Shown: positions 1 to 17,826 of the stretch, in pieces
How positions within the stretch are numbered: position 1 is the stretch's first letter
Layout: every line of letters starts with the position of its first letter
Source of the DNA: the human T2T-CHM13v2.0 reference genome, Homo sapiens
Reading direction: 5' to 3' (one strand)
Assembly (NCBI RefSeq): GCF_009914755.1
Contig: NC_060925.1
Length of the DNA stretch: 64,000 bases
Notes under the pieces: generated by a model
The model's input: the letters and a program-made list of their open reading frames with translations, nothing else
What the model was told of the DNA's origin: nothing
Databases searched by the model: none
Translations under genes and position numbers: made by a program

Positions 1-647
1 AATACAGAATCTCTAGCAATTAGAAGAAAACAAAAAGACAAAAAGTTGGGACCACAGAGACATTCAGGATTTTAAAATCCTCTTGTTCTTCATAACTAAA
101 TTTCTTGAAGCTCTTTATTCTGATTAAGATATGTCATATTTATTTTTGCAGGCTACTAAAAGAAGTTCCTTTAGACTGAGACATTCAAACAGAAAACTGG
201 GTTCTAAAGCATATGTGAGGATAGCAAAAAAATTCTGATAATAGTTGGCATCTTCTTGCATGTTATTACAGTCATTAATACCAACAATAAATATACATTA
301 ATTTTCAGAGGTTTAAATTCCATTAAAAAACATTTCAGAGAAGGGACCTAAGCTCAGTCACTCCTACTCTGTAATGGTAAATTCATTTGGACAGAGGCTG
401 AATTCATTTTCTCCTTCCTAACTGGTAGTGACCTAATAATAAAAGAACATATACAAGTTGATAAATGTGTGAATATAGTGACAACTGCATACATTAAAAA
501 TCATTTATTGTAGAAACAACATCAGAAGATGAATGAATTATTGTCAAAATTCAAATATCTACTGGTCAAATTTGGTCAAATACAAATATCTACTGAATGA
601 CGGTTATGTACCAGACATTATACAGTAAGCACCCAATATAGCAACGA

Positions 648-995
648 GGCTGTGTGCAGTGGCTCACACCTGTAGTCCCAGCACTTTGGGAGGCCCAGGT
701 GGGCAGATCGCTTGAGCTCAGGAGTTCTAGATCAGCCTGGGCAACATAGCCAAATTCCATCTCTACACAAAATATAAAAATTAGCCAGGTGTGGTGGTGT
801 GCTCCTGTAGTCTCAGGTACTTGGGAGGCTGAGGTGGGGGGATTGCTTGAGCCCAGTAGGTCAAGGCTGCAGTGAGCTATGATCACACCACTGCACTCTG
901 GTCTGAGCAACAAAGTGAGACCTTTTTTTTGAAACAGAGGCTCGTTCTGTCACCCAGGCTGGGGTGTAGTGGCGTGATCTTGAGACCTTGTCTCC
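648..995 (+). mobile_element. AluJ with a short antisense Alu fragment (923-980) inserted near its 3' end
   Basis: Alu dimer sequence. The inner fragment is flanked by TGAGACCTT (916-924, 981-989). Confidence 0.8.
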
Positions 996-2245
996 CCCAC
1001 CACTGCCCAAAAGAGAATATAGTAATGAATAAGACAGATAAAAATTCCACTCTTGCACTCCCATGGAGCTTATGCTCTAGTGGGGAATGTGGAAAATTAA
1101 AAATAAAAATATGTTGAGGGGGAAGCGTAGGAGGAGGGAGTGGAGCAGAAAAAATAACTATTGGGTACTGAACTTAATACCTGGGTGATGTAATAATATG
1201 TACAACAAACCCCCATGACATGTGTTTATCTACAAACCTTCACATGTACCCCCACATCTAAAATTTAAAAAGAAATGTATAATTTATGAAAAAAGTAATA
1301 ATTGTTATGAAGAAAAAATAAACCAACATAAGAGTCTAGTAACTAGAATAGGAATGTTATTTAAGGTAAAAATTTGGCCAAAGAGAAAGTCATGGAGGTA
1401 TTAATAAAGTGAGATGAGTACATAATAATTAAAATTCATGGTAACTCAGAATTGTCAAAAAATATTTAAATGCTATACATGGCATAGTATTGTTTTATAT
1501 GTGATAGAACCTTAGAGTTCAACTCCTTAATTTTACAGGTTGTATAATCTGTTCCCAACTGAGCATTATAGCACAACAGTGTAATAATTTTATAGCAAAA
1601 AACCCACCAATAAATAATTGTCATTCATTTAGAGAAGAAAACTAGGTAATAGTAACTTTTAAAAACAGTTCTAGGAAAATGTCTAAAATTTGAAAGCTGC
1701 TACACTTAAAAATGGTTAAGTTCACTGTAAGACGCGAATACAAAGACAGGGTGGTGGAGGAGGCATTATTATAAACAATATAACTAGATTACAGATGTAG
1801 TTATGTCAGAATAACAACATGGCAGTAGATGATAATTCTTAAATTAGACCTAAAAGTTCTAAGTAGACTGATTAATCTTTGAAAATAAATTTAATAAATT
1901 TCAGTCTACCTATATCTATATACTACATAGCATGTATATAAATATACTATATATCTATATGTAAGTATCTATATATTACAATGTTATAGTATTTATAAAA
2001 ATGAGTATTTCTTCATGTAATGTATTTTCTCATCTAAATGAGATGTTTACAAAAGTATAATTTTCATAACTACATTAAAAAGCAGGCTTTCATTATATGA
2101 ATAACAGATTAAATAATAATTTATTAAAAGAAGAGTTTGAAAGAATTCGGTTTGTGCAAAAACATTTTACTCGCAAGAGAGTACCAGTAATTGGAAGAGT
2201 TAATCTGAAGACATCTGAAGTACAAAAATCTTAGACTAAGTTGAG

Positions 2246-2264
2246 TTCTCCCCCTAGTGGAACT
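2246..2264 (-). promoter_or_regulatory. Candidate CTCF motif
   Basis: Minus strand reads AGTTCCACTAGGGGGAGAA, matching the CCAC(C/T)AG(G/A)GGG core. Motif match only. Confidence 0.4.
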
Positions 2265-3399
2265 TGAATATGATCTAAGATATTTCCATGACTAAGAAAA
2301 TAACCTAAAATATATTACTTTGATAACTGAAAAAAGTTTCAGGTTTTAATGAAAGATCTATTTATGAATCTTAATCTGTATTAAAAATATACCTCTATAT
2401 ATCTATATTTATATAGACATATACATATAATTAAATATTGAAACCTTAAGACATCTACTGAAAACTCATTTACTAAGCAAATTAACAGCAAGTTAGCCAA
2501 AAAGCACTCAGTCCTAAGACCTGAAAGAGAAACAGAAATACTTCAAAAGTAGAGGAGTAAGAAGTTCAGAAAAATACAGCAATTTAGGAAGATGCAGCAA
2601 CATGCAGAATGGCACAGAATTCTGAAAGAATGTGATAGGTGCAGGAATAGGATAATTCACAGTGGGCAGAATACAGCATGTATGTGTAGGTGATGAGGAT
2701 GGGGAGATAATGGTGAGAGATGAAGCTACAAATTCAGTTTGGGCAATAATAAAAAGGATTTTATGCTAAGGAGTTTCGATATGATTGGTATTTAAAAGGT
2801 AGTCAATGAAATTTCTATGTTTTAGAGAGACAGCTTTTTTAATCTGTAGAAGAGCTGAAGCTGGAGAAAAGGAAACTGGATGGGAGGTTACAACAACAGT
2901 TCAGGTAAGGGGTAAGCAGATGAACTAACGGAGTGGTAGGGAGAAGAGAAATGTTATTATAGACTCAAAAAAGTTTGAAAAATGACTCAAATTACCTTTT
3001 ATTTAGTTTTATACTTACTTAGACTTTTCTATTTTGAAAGATTGAAGAGTTGGCGATATGCAAAACTGAGAAGCTGGGAAAACTAAACTGTATAGATCAG
3101 AAATGTATAGGAAGATGACACAATCATAAGGAAAGGCAAAAGAGTGATTGTCATAAAAGTCAGGATAGGGAACAGGGTGTGACTGAATAGACTTCTTGAG
3201 TACAGGCAATTTTGTCTGTCTTAACCTTGGTTAGAAGTTTTATGTATAATATTTGTACACATACAATGTACTTTGTTTTATTAACTTCTCTGTACCTCAT
3301 GTTTCATAATTTTTAAATTATTAAACCATTTAGAAAATTATTGGTAAGGGGAAACAGGCTGGGGCTGGAGATAAATTATGATTCACTGTTGCAACAATT

Positions 3400-3722
3400 A
3401 GTGGTCCCCAACCTTTTTGGTACTAGTGACAGATTTCGTAGTCCATAGAGAGGGTGGGAGAATGGTTTCAGGATGAACTGTTCCACCTCAGATCATCAGG
3501 CATTAGATTCTCTCATAAGGAGAGTGCAACCAACACCCCTGACATGTGCAGTTCACAATAGGATTCGTGCTCCTGTGACAATCTAATGATGCCACTGATC
3601 TGACAGGAGGTGGAGCTCAGACAGTATGCTGCTGGCTGCCCGCTCACCTCCTGCTGTGCGGCCCGGTTCCTAACAGGCCATGGACTGATACCTGTCTGTG
3701 GCCTGGGGGTTGGGAAACCCTG
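3400..3722 (+). mobile_element. MER1B-like hAT-Charlie DNA transposon
   Basis: Terminal inverted repeats (gtggtccccaacc ... ggttgggaaaccctg) and internal cagatcatcaggcattagattctc. Confidence 0.8.
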
Positions 3723-4064
3723 GTAAAGATGGTTCCTGAAGCCATGTAAGTGAGACCCTTCATTTGGGTATAGTTTGTAAAAGCCAAAACCTCGGATTTC
3801 AGAGGAATACACACATCCACGACTGATAAAGATGACTGTAAACAACAGTTAAACAAGAAAAAAGAGAGTCAAAAGTAAGTGGTGGTAGCAAAGTTAGGGG
3901 AGGTGAGAATGCAAGGAGGACGAAATGGTCAAAAACAAATGCAATAAGCATGAGCAGGCAAATACTGAAAAAATAGCAACAAATTTGGCAATTAGGATTC
4001 CAGTGACCACTTTATCAAGAGCCAGTTGATGATAATATACCCCTACTATAATAACAGTAACAAT

Positions 4065-4600
4065 TCTATCACCTCACACCTGTTAGAATGGCCATTATCA
4101 AAAAGATGAAAGACAGTAAGTGCTGGAGAGGATGTGGTGAAAAGGGAACTCTTACACACTGTGGGTAGAAATGTAAATCCTCAAAAAATCAAAAACAGAT
4201 GATATGATCTAACAATTCCACTACTGGGTATATATCCAAAGGAAATTAAATCAGTATGTTGAAAAGATATCTGCACTCCCGTGTTCACTGCATTATTCAC
4301 AATAGCCAAGACATGCAACCAACCTAAATGTCCATCAGTAGATGAATGAATAAAGAAAAAGTGGTTTACATATACACAATGGAATATTATTCAATCTTAA
4401 AAAGGAAGGAAATTCTGTCATTCACAACAACATGAATGAGCCTGGAGAACCTTAAGTGAAATAAGCTAGGCTCAGAAAGACAAACACTACATGATCTCAC
4501 ATGTGGGATACAAAAAGTTGAACTCAAAAGTACAGAGTAGAATGGTGGTTACCAGGGGCTAGATGCGGGGTTAGGGGTAAAGGATTGGAAGATGTTAAAA
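4065..4600 (+). mobile_element. L1MA/MB 3' fragment
   Basis: Typical cacctcacacctgttagaatgg...gagtagaatggtggttacc sequence. Confidence 0.75.
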
Positions 4601-5267
4601 AAAATTCCATGAATTTTCTATTTTTCAAAAATAATGTAACACATTACATTTCATTTTAAACAAAAATCCTGCACACCAGGTTCTTCGTTTTAATAAATAT
4701 TTCAGAATCAACAAAAAGAGTGATTTAAATTTTACTATTTTGTGATTAAGATGTATAGAAATATGGCAAATTCTTAGGATTTTCTTGATGTTTAGAAAAG
4801 TACAGACTAATGCTAAAATCACATACGATAGCATGATTTAAACAACTGATTACAAATATATTATGCAGTTGGCTCATGTCTGAGGTTTTCCTGAATATGT
4901 GCACTTTATGGGGACTACTACCAGCAGAACATAAAGGATACCTTTTTATAAACATACAAATCATAATGTGTTGTGGTTACTTTTGATCCAGATCAAAAAA
5001 TGAAGTTATAATATAATATGTAAGTTTGGAAATTAATTACATTTTAAATTGAAATTTAAAGACAAAAGGAAATTTCAGGTGGGAAGAAAATTCTAGATGT
5101 TACAGCAAAGACTATTGTGACTTGGAGTACAATATAATTAAAGACTTTGAAAGACATAAGATTTTAAACATAGTATTTTGTCCATAGGGAAAACTTACTA
5201 CTTTTATCATATTATACAAGAAGTAAGGCATAAGAAGTGACAAAACACATTTATTTTTATTAAAAAA

Positions 5268-5567
5268 ATTTTTTTTTGAGACAAGGTCTCATTCTGTCAC
5301 TCAGATTGGAGTGCAGTGGCTTGATCATAGCTCCTTGTAATATGGAACTCCTACTTCTGGCCTCAAGGGATCATTCCACCTTAGCCTTCCAAGTAGCCAG
5401 AGCTACAGGAGTGTACTATCATGCCCTCAGCTAATTTTTAAAAATTGTTTTGTAGAGACAGGGTCTTATTCTATTGCCCAGGCCGGTCTTGAACTCCTGG
5501 CCTCCAGCAATCCCCTGACCTTGGCCTCTCAAAGCACTGGGATTACAGGCATGAGTTACTGTGCCCT
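5268..5567 (-). mobile_element. AluJ
   Basis: Diverged Alu dimer led by a poly-T run. Confidence 0.82.
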
Positions 5568-5709
5568 GTAAAAACATATTTATTTTTAAAGCTTTGAATT
5601 TTCTTTTGAAGATAGTTTTGATAATATAGAAATATGATAAATTTTCACTAAAAAATGGACTTGGAGCACAGTCAACACCACCAAAAAAAACAAAACAAAA
5701 CAAAACCCA

Positions 5710-8045
5710 GGTAAGTTGATTCAGCAAAATTAAAAACTTTTGTGATAAAAACACTATCAACAAAGAAAAGGCAACAAACATAATGGGAGAAAATATTTGC
5801 AAACCATATATATGATAAGAAAGTGATACTGAGAATATATAAATAACTCCTATAACTCAACAACAAAAACAACAAACAACCTGGTTCAATTAAGCAAAGG
5901 ACCTGAATAGCCATTTCTCCAAAGAAGATATATAAATGCGAAATAAGCACATGAAAGTATGCCCAACATAGCTCATCATTAGGGAAATGCAAATCAAAAC
6001 CACAATGAGATACCACTTCACACCCATTAGGATGGTACTTATAAAAACAACAACAGAAAATTAACAAGTGTTGGTGCAAATGCGGAAAAAATGAAATCCT
6101 CATGCATTGCTGGTAGAAATGTAAAATGGTGTAGGTTCTGTGGAAAATGGTATGGCAATTTCTTAAAAAAATTAAACAATTACTATATGATCCAGCAATT
6201 CCACTTCTACGTACTCAAAAGAAGTTAAAGCAGGGACCTGAACAGAAATTTGTACACCTGTATTCATAGCAGCATTATTCACAATAGCTCAAACATGGAA
6301 GCACCCTAAATGTCCATCAATGAATGAACAGATAAAAAATGTGGTATATACATACAATGGAATATTATTCAGCTTTAAAAATGAAGAAAATTTGTAAATA
6401 TACTATAACATTATAAAAAATGGTTTTTCTTTCAATAATAAATTAACTTACTGTAAGTTTATTTATAAACTTCCAATTTTTTAAACTTTTTGACTCTTTT
6501 ATAACATTTAGCTTAGCAAACATTGTACAGGTGTATAAAATTTTTTTTATATCTTTATTCTATAAGCTTTTTTCTATTTTTAATTTTAATTTTTAATAAA
6601 TATATTTTTTGAAACAGGGTCTTACTCTGTGGCCCAGGCTGGAGTGCAGTGCTGTGATCATGGCTTACTGCAGCCTTGACCTCCCAGGCTCAGGCAACCC
6701 ACCCACCTCAGCCTCCTAAGTAACCGCGACTGGGACTATAGGTGCACCACCAGGTCCAACTAATTTTATTTTGTATTTTTTGTAGAGAGGGAGTCTCACT
6801 TTGTTTGTCAGGTTGGTTTCAAACTCTTGGGCTCAAGATATGCCTGCCTCAGCCTCCCAAAGTGCTGAGATTACAGGCATGAGTCATTACACCTGATGAA
6901 CAAAAAATTTTTTAAGTTAAAAAAAAATTAAGGCTGGGCGCAGTGGCTCATGCTTGTAATCCCAGCACTGTGGAAGGCAGAGGTGGGCGGATCACTTAAG
7001 CCCAGGAGTTCGAAACCAGCCTGGCCAGCAAAGGGAGACCTCATTGCTACTAAATAAATAAATAAATAAATAAATAAGCTGGGTGTGGTCATGTGTGCCT
7101 GTAGTCCCAGGTACTCGGGAAGCTGATGAGGACTGCTTGAGCCAGGAGTTGGAGTCTGCAGTGAGCTATGACTGTGCCACTAAACTCCGGTCTGGGCAAC
7201 AGAGTGAGATCCTGTCTCAAAAAAAAAAAAAATTAAAACATTTGTGTTAAAATAAGATATTAGCTTAGGCCTACACAGGGTCAGCACCACCAATATCACT
7301 ATCTTCAACCTCCACATCTTGTCCCACTGGAAGGTCTTCAGGGACAATAACACACATGAAGCTGTCATCTCCTATGAAAACAATGCCTTCTGGAAAACCT
7401 CCTGAAGGATCTGAGACTGTCTTAGAGTTAACTCTTGTTTTGTATAAGTAGAATTAGACTCTAAAATAGCAATATTAGTATAGCAAAACAACAAATAGTA
7501 TAGCAAACATATGAACCAGTAACATAGTCATTTATTATCAAGTATTATGTGCTATACACAACTGTACGTGCTACACTTTTATAAGAGTGGCAGTGCAGTG
7601 GGTTTGTTTATACCAGCCTCATCACAAACACATGAGTAATGTGTTGCACTATAACATAATGATGGCTATAGTCACTAGGCAAAAGGAATTTTTCAGCTTC
7701 ATTATCATCCTATGGGACCATTACCATATATGCTGTCCGTCACTGAAATGTCCTTATGCAGCATATGACTGTATTGTATGATCCCACTTATATGAGGTAA
7801 CCAGAGTGGTCAAACTCATAGAGACAAAGTAGAATGGTGGTTTCCAGTTGCTGGTGGTTGCCAGTTGCTGGGGAATGGGAAGTTAGTGTTTAATGGGCAA
7901 AGAGGTTCAGTTAGGGAGGATGAAAAAGTTCTGGATATGGATGGTGGTGATGGCTGCACAACAGTGTCAAATATACTTAATGCTGCAGAACTGTATACTT
8001 TAAAATGGTAAGTTTTATGTCTATTTTACCACAATAAAAAAAAAT
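5710..8045 (+). mobile_element. L1MB 3' fragment interrupted by a Tigger-type DNA transposon (~6410-7772), which itself carries two Alus (~6605-6895 -, 6931-7232 +)
   Basis: L1 text at 5710-6410 resumes at ~7775. Tigger3-like terminus gaaatgtccttatgcagcatatgactgta. Confidence 0.7.
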
Positions 8046-8168
8046 TGGAAATGAATGATTACTGAAAAAAGAATCACAGTCACGAGGATAAAGAGTAAGT
8101 TACTGTTCAGACAAAGAGGATAGAAGAAACTATATTTTTACATGTACTTTATTATTTTCATATGGTAC

Positions 8169-8264
8169 CTGGATTTCAAGCTCAGCAATGTGTTGTCGTA
8201 GTTCAGCCACAGCAGCTATGCTATCTGCTTCCCGAAGCCTCACAGCCATCACTTCTTCCTTATT
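8169..8264 (-). CDS. EVI5: EVI5 internal coding exon (96 nt): NKEEVMAVRLREADSIAAVAELRQHIAELEIQ
   Basis: Acceptor cactag|AAT, donor CAG|gtacca, 32 open codons, phase 0-0. Confidence 0.95.
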
Positions 8265-9745
8265 CTAGTGTGGTAAACCAAACCGAAACAAAATAAACCA
8301 GGTGTGTTTGGAATTCAGATTTTAGAAAAGTAATAGGTTGCATAAACCATACTTTAAGTATTATCTAGCAGGGTCTAAGGCAGCATCCATAATGAAACAA
8401 TATGCTCAATACATACAACGAAGCAGTGAGATATAAATGTTCACATCAAGTGGAATAAATAACAATTATAAATGGCCATATATCAATTCAAATTAAGTTT
8501 TGCCTCCAAAGGAATTTGTGTGAAATTTATGAAAAAACTCCAGGGTTTTAGAGTGTTTTGCATTTTGAAACTGGGGTTCACAGGCTTGTAATATTTCAAC
8601 TTTAAGTGAGAACATTCAAATTAAGTTGAGAGGGAAAATAACATTAATATTATAAACAATATCCACACATTTTACACAACTAAAAATAAAAAAGCTTTAA
8701 TAATTATAAATTAATCATAAGCTATAATCTTATAATACTAAATGAAAATGAATCAGATTTACATAATTCACGGACTGGCTTTCTTGAAAAATTAACTTTG
8801 TTCCCGAATTATTCCAACATAACAGGGTAAAACATACACATTTAATCAGAATGTACTAGGTGCTAGGGTAACAATACATTGGTCATTCTCAAAACCTGCA
8901 AAGGCATCACGAAAGATTGAATAAATTAACACACAGCTTAAACACAGGGGAGATATCAGAGTTTGCATCTGTAACATACTTCACAGAGGTATTAATGAAC
9001 AATTAAAAATTAAATAAAATCCCATATTAGTTCATAAAATCCTCTAATATTCTAAATCTGAGCCCATTACTTAGACAAGTTCAAAGAAAATTATTATTTT
9101 CAACAGCAAGTTCCTCAAAGATTTATTTCCAAAGAACACTTTACTTTGCTCAACAGGTACTAAGGCATTTGAGGAGCAATATTTAATCTAGTAACACCAT
9201 TATCAAAATATGTTTAAGGAAAACTAACACCAATAATAAATAAAAGATTAAATTTAGTTATCTATAAGATGTCAACACAGACAATTTAGCATCATAAAAA
9301 CTCAATCAGATATTGGTATGACAAATCAGACTGATACAACCTCATTTAATATTATTTTATTTATAGTTTAGTCATATCCTTCAAAAGTGACTGTGCTTTT
9401 AGTAGGAATTTCAGTACTGCCTACAGATTTCTGTCAGTATACATTGTAACAGCCATGCATATTTATAAGGATGTAATTTCATCTCTGGATTTCAGTGACA
9501 CTGATAAACCATTCAAGCTTCACTCTTGGTTTTTAATGTCACCAGAATAAGCTGATGGAATTACAGCTTTACATGTGCCATCAAAAGTCTTATTTCTTAT
9601 ACAATAATAAGGCTGGAATCTTTAAAGGGCATCATTCCTACTATCTCACCATGGAAAGGTGGATGCCTAGTTTATTTTTTTAAATCCCATAACTTGCCTT
9701 TAGTAATCCATTCTAATGCCCAGTCTACAGTCATCTCTTTAGTTA

Positions 9746-9748
<3 letters not shown>

Positions 9749-9788
<40 letters not shown>
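9749..9788 (+). repeat. (CA)n microsatellite, about 20 units
   Basis: Read directly. Confidence 0.97.
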
Positions 9789-9789
<1 letters not shown>

Positions 9790-10440
9790 AAACCCTCCCT
9801 CCTCTCCTTCCATCTCACTGCCTTTCCCCCACTCTCTCACCACTGCTATATTGTAAATTTATTTCAGGAAAGAATGTACTTGCATTCAAATACTTTTGAT
9901 GCTTTTTGAATCCAAACACTTCACAAAAAAGTAAAGTATATAACTGATTAAAATAATAATGGGTAATATACCCATTTTTCCCAACACACTGGTACATACA
10001 CATTTCTTTTGCTCTCTAGTCTATCCAGAAAACATGTATCAATGTTATTAACATTACTGCCCACTAATAAGATACCAATCAAAGCAGAGGAGGCCTAACC
10101 TCTCTAAATGACCCATCTTTTTTGATCAAGCCATTAAAAGCTCTGGTTTTAAAGGGTTACCAGTCAAAAGAAAAACTGTAAAGAAATACTAGTAAATGCC
10201 AATCCAGGAAATTAAATTAACCAAGGAAGTGACTGAAAATGTTTCTTGACTAAAATCCACCCCAGAAGCAAGATGAGCTGACCTGGTCTGAAAGCAACTA
10301 CCAAAACAAGTTCAGGAAAAGTAGAAAATAGGACGAGCTTTTTTGTTTTGTTTTTAAGATAATCTAATCACGATAAAACAAACAAAAAAAAGGCATTATT
10401 ATATTGACAAAAAACAAAATCAGTTAGTTGACATATTTAC

Positions 10441-10587
10441 CTTGCATTCAATCTCTGCTTGTTTACGCTTTGCTTCACTTAATTGAGTAAGGAGTCCTTT
10501 GTTCTGTGCAGAAAGATACTGCACTTTCTCCTGTAGGCTAATCACCTCTTGTTCTGCTCTTCGAAGATGGTTACTATTGATCTGGTT
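10441..10587 (-). CDS. EVI5: EVI5 internal coding exon (147 nt): NQINSNHLRRAEQEVISLQEKVQYLSAQNKGLLTQLSEAKRKQAEIECK
   Basis: Acceptor attattag|AAC, donor AAG|gtaaat, 49 open codons, phase 0-0. Confidence 0.96.
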
Positions 10588-10767
10588 CTAATAATCAGAA
10601 ATATAAATACTGAGACTATAGATACAAGACCTAAAAATTAAAAAAAATTACCTATCCATTTTATACCATAACATTATTAAAAATGTTACTAGTTATAGGT
10701 CACTGTTATTCAACAAAATCAACATTAAAAAATAAGATAAAACTGCCTTTAAAATCAAGTCATTCAA

Positions 10768-13062
<2,295 letters not shown>

Positions 13063-13727
13063 CTTTCTCATTTTGAATCAACAAATAAGTCTGTCTACAA
13101 AATTAACTAAACTTCTTAGTGCCGTATTCAAAATGTATCACAGCCTCTTTTTACTGTCTTACCTGCTACCATTAAAACAAATAACTACACTTCAGAGGGA
13201 CCCATCTTTGACATAAGCTGCAAATAATGTCCATAGATAAAACCCTTCCCTGCATCCCTGAACACAAGACCATAATTCAACATTATGGTTGATAAATAAT
13301 ACACATAAAACCCAAGAATTGACCATGAGTGAGAGACAGCAGACAGAAAAAATATATTTTAAGAACTCTAGAGATAATTATAGGACTTTACCTAACATAG
13401 GTTATGTCTAAAATTACAGTATTAATGACATAAAAGGAAAATGCCAAAACATAAGCAAAGAACAAGTCACTATCAAAAAAAATTAAGCAAATCAGAAAAA
13501 TAACCAAAGAAAATTTCTATAAATACAGCCACTGAATTCAATGAATGGGTTAGATTGGAGATTAGCTATACTGAAGAAATAATTAGTGTCCCAGAAGAGG
13601 TTATTAGACACAGAAAAGAGAATAAGGTCCAAAATATACCTAATATGGGTTGCAGGATAAAATAGAAAAAAAAAAGTGAGATATGATGGTTTAAGAGATG
13701 GTAACAGTTGAGAATTTTTTACAATTA

Positions 13728-14012
13728 AACCAAACACCACATATTCTCACCCACAGGTGGGAATTGAACAATGAGATCACATGGACACAGGAAGGGGAAT
13801 ATCACACTCTGGGGACTGTTGTGGGGTTGGGGGAGAGGGGAGGGATAGCATTGGGAGATATACCTAATGCTAGATGACGAGTTAGTGGGTGCAGCGCACC
13901 AGCATGGCACATGTATACATATGTAACTAACCTGCACAATGTGCACATGTACCCTAAAACTTAAAGTATAATAAAAAATAAAAATAAAAAAATAAATCCC
14001 CAAAAAAAAAAA
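13728..14012 (+). mobile_element. Young 5'-truncated L1 3' end (L1PA2-like)
   Basis: GCTAGATGACGAGTTAGTGGGTGCAGCGCACCAGCATGG and AAACTTAAAGTAT, lacking the L1HS-Ta ACA/G diagnostics. A-rich tail. Confidence 0.85.
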
Positions 14013-14292
14013 GAAATAAAAGATATAAATCTACAATTTAGGAAACACAACTAGTTCCAACCAGGATAAAAACAAATAAATCCCCACCAATATATACTGT
14101 AACAAAACTTAGAATGCTAAAGAGGCAAATCAAGGGAAAAACTGAGATCTATAAAGGAAGGGTAATGAAATGTCTAGCAGATATTTCAATGGCAAAAATT
14201 CATAATGCTTAAAAAAGAATCTTCACCCTATAGTAGTATACTGAGCTAAACTATCATACAAGAAAGAAAAGTAAATTTATTTTAAGAAAGTG

Positions 14293-16762
<2,470 letters not shown>

Positions 16763-17265
16763 TCTAAGACTGAGGCTTCATCAGAACAATAGAAAACACT
16801 GTTGCCCCTCCAACTCTTCTGTAATAAGTAACAAATGGAATACTGCTGAAGACAGACCCTTTTAAAATGTTATGCAAAGGGAAAACCTAAAGACACAAAA
16901 TTCCTCTGGCAAACAGCTCCTACTCTAAAAATAAGGTATTACTAAGGGAAAAATAAAGTATTGCTAAGGGAATTTGAAGCCTATGGTGCACTGATGATAC
17001 CACAGAAACAACAAACCTCAAACTCAACCCATCTCTGGACTATATTAACTTGAATCTCCCACTTTAAAGGCCTAGCAGAAGGAAAAATGTGCCCATTTCC
17101 AGGCAGAAAAACTATTTGACTCAGTCTGCAGTCCTACACAAGATATCCAGCTTTCAACAAAAAAATTACAAAGCATAGGAAAAGGCAAGGAAAAACAAAG
17201 CACTCCCAAAAGACAAAGCAATCAACAGAACCAGCATTACATATGGCACAGATGTTAAAAATATC

Positions 17266-17806
17266 TGTGATGGTTAATACTAAGTGTCAACTTGATTGGA
17301 TTGAAGGATATAAAGTATTGATCCTGTGTGTGTCTGTGAGGGTGTTGCCAAAAGAGATTAACATTTGAGTCAGTGGGATGGGAAAGGCAGATCCACCCTT
17401 AATCTGGTGGACACAATCTAATCAGCTGCCAGCGAATATAAAGCAGGCAGAAAAATGTGAAAAGGAGATACTGGCCTAGCCTCCCAGCCTACATCTTTGT
17501 CCCGTGCTGGATGCTTCCTGCCCTCAAACATCAGACTCCAGGCTCTTCAGTTTTGGGACTCGGATTGGCTCTCCTTGCTCCTCATCTTGCAGACGGCCTA
17601 TTGTGGGATCTTGCGATCGTGTAAGTTAATACTTAATAAACTCATATATATATATATGAGTTATATATATGTATGTGTATTATATATAATATACATGTAT
17701 TTTATGTTATATTTTATGTATATATATATAGGATATATATATATATCCTATTATTCCTATATATATCCTATTAGTTCTGTCCCTCTAGAGAACCCTGACT
17801 AATATA
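17266..17806 (+). repeat. MLT2A 5' LTR with expanded TA-rich tract (~17644-17770)
   Basis: Directly aligns with 21939-22366 and has typical MLT2A ends. Confidence 0.9.
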
Positions 17807-17811
17807 GATTT

Positions 17812-17826
17812 TGGTACCAGGAGTGG
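17812..17826 (+). promoter_or_regulatory. Primer binding site complementary to the 3' end of tRNA-Leu
   Basis: TGGTACCAGGAGTGG 5 nt after the 5' LTR. HERV-L is defined by a Leu PBS. Confidence 0.75.
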
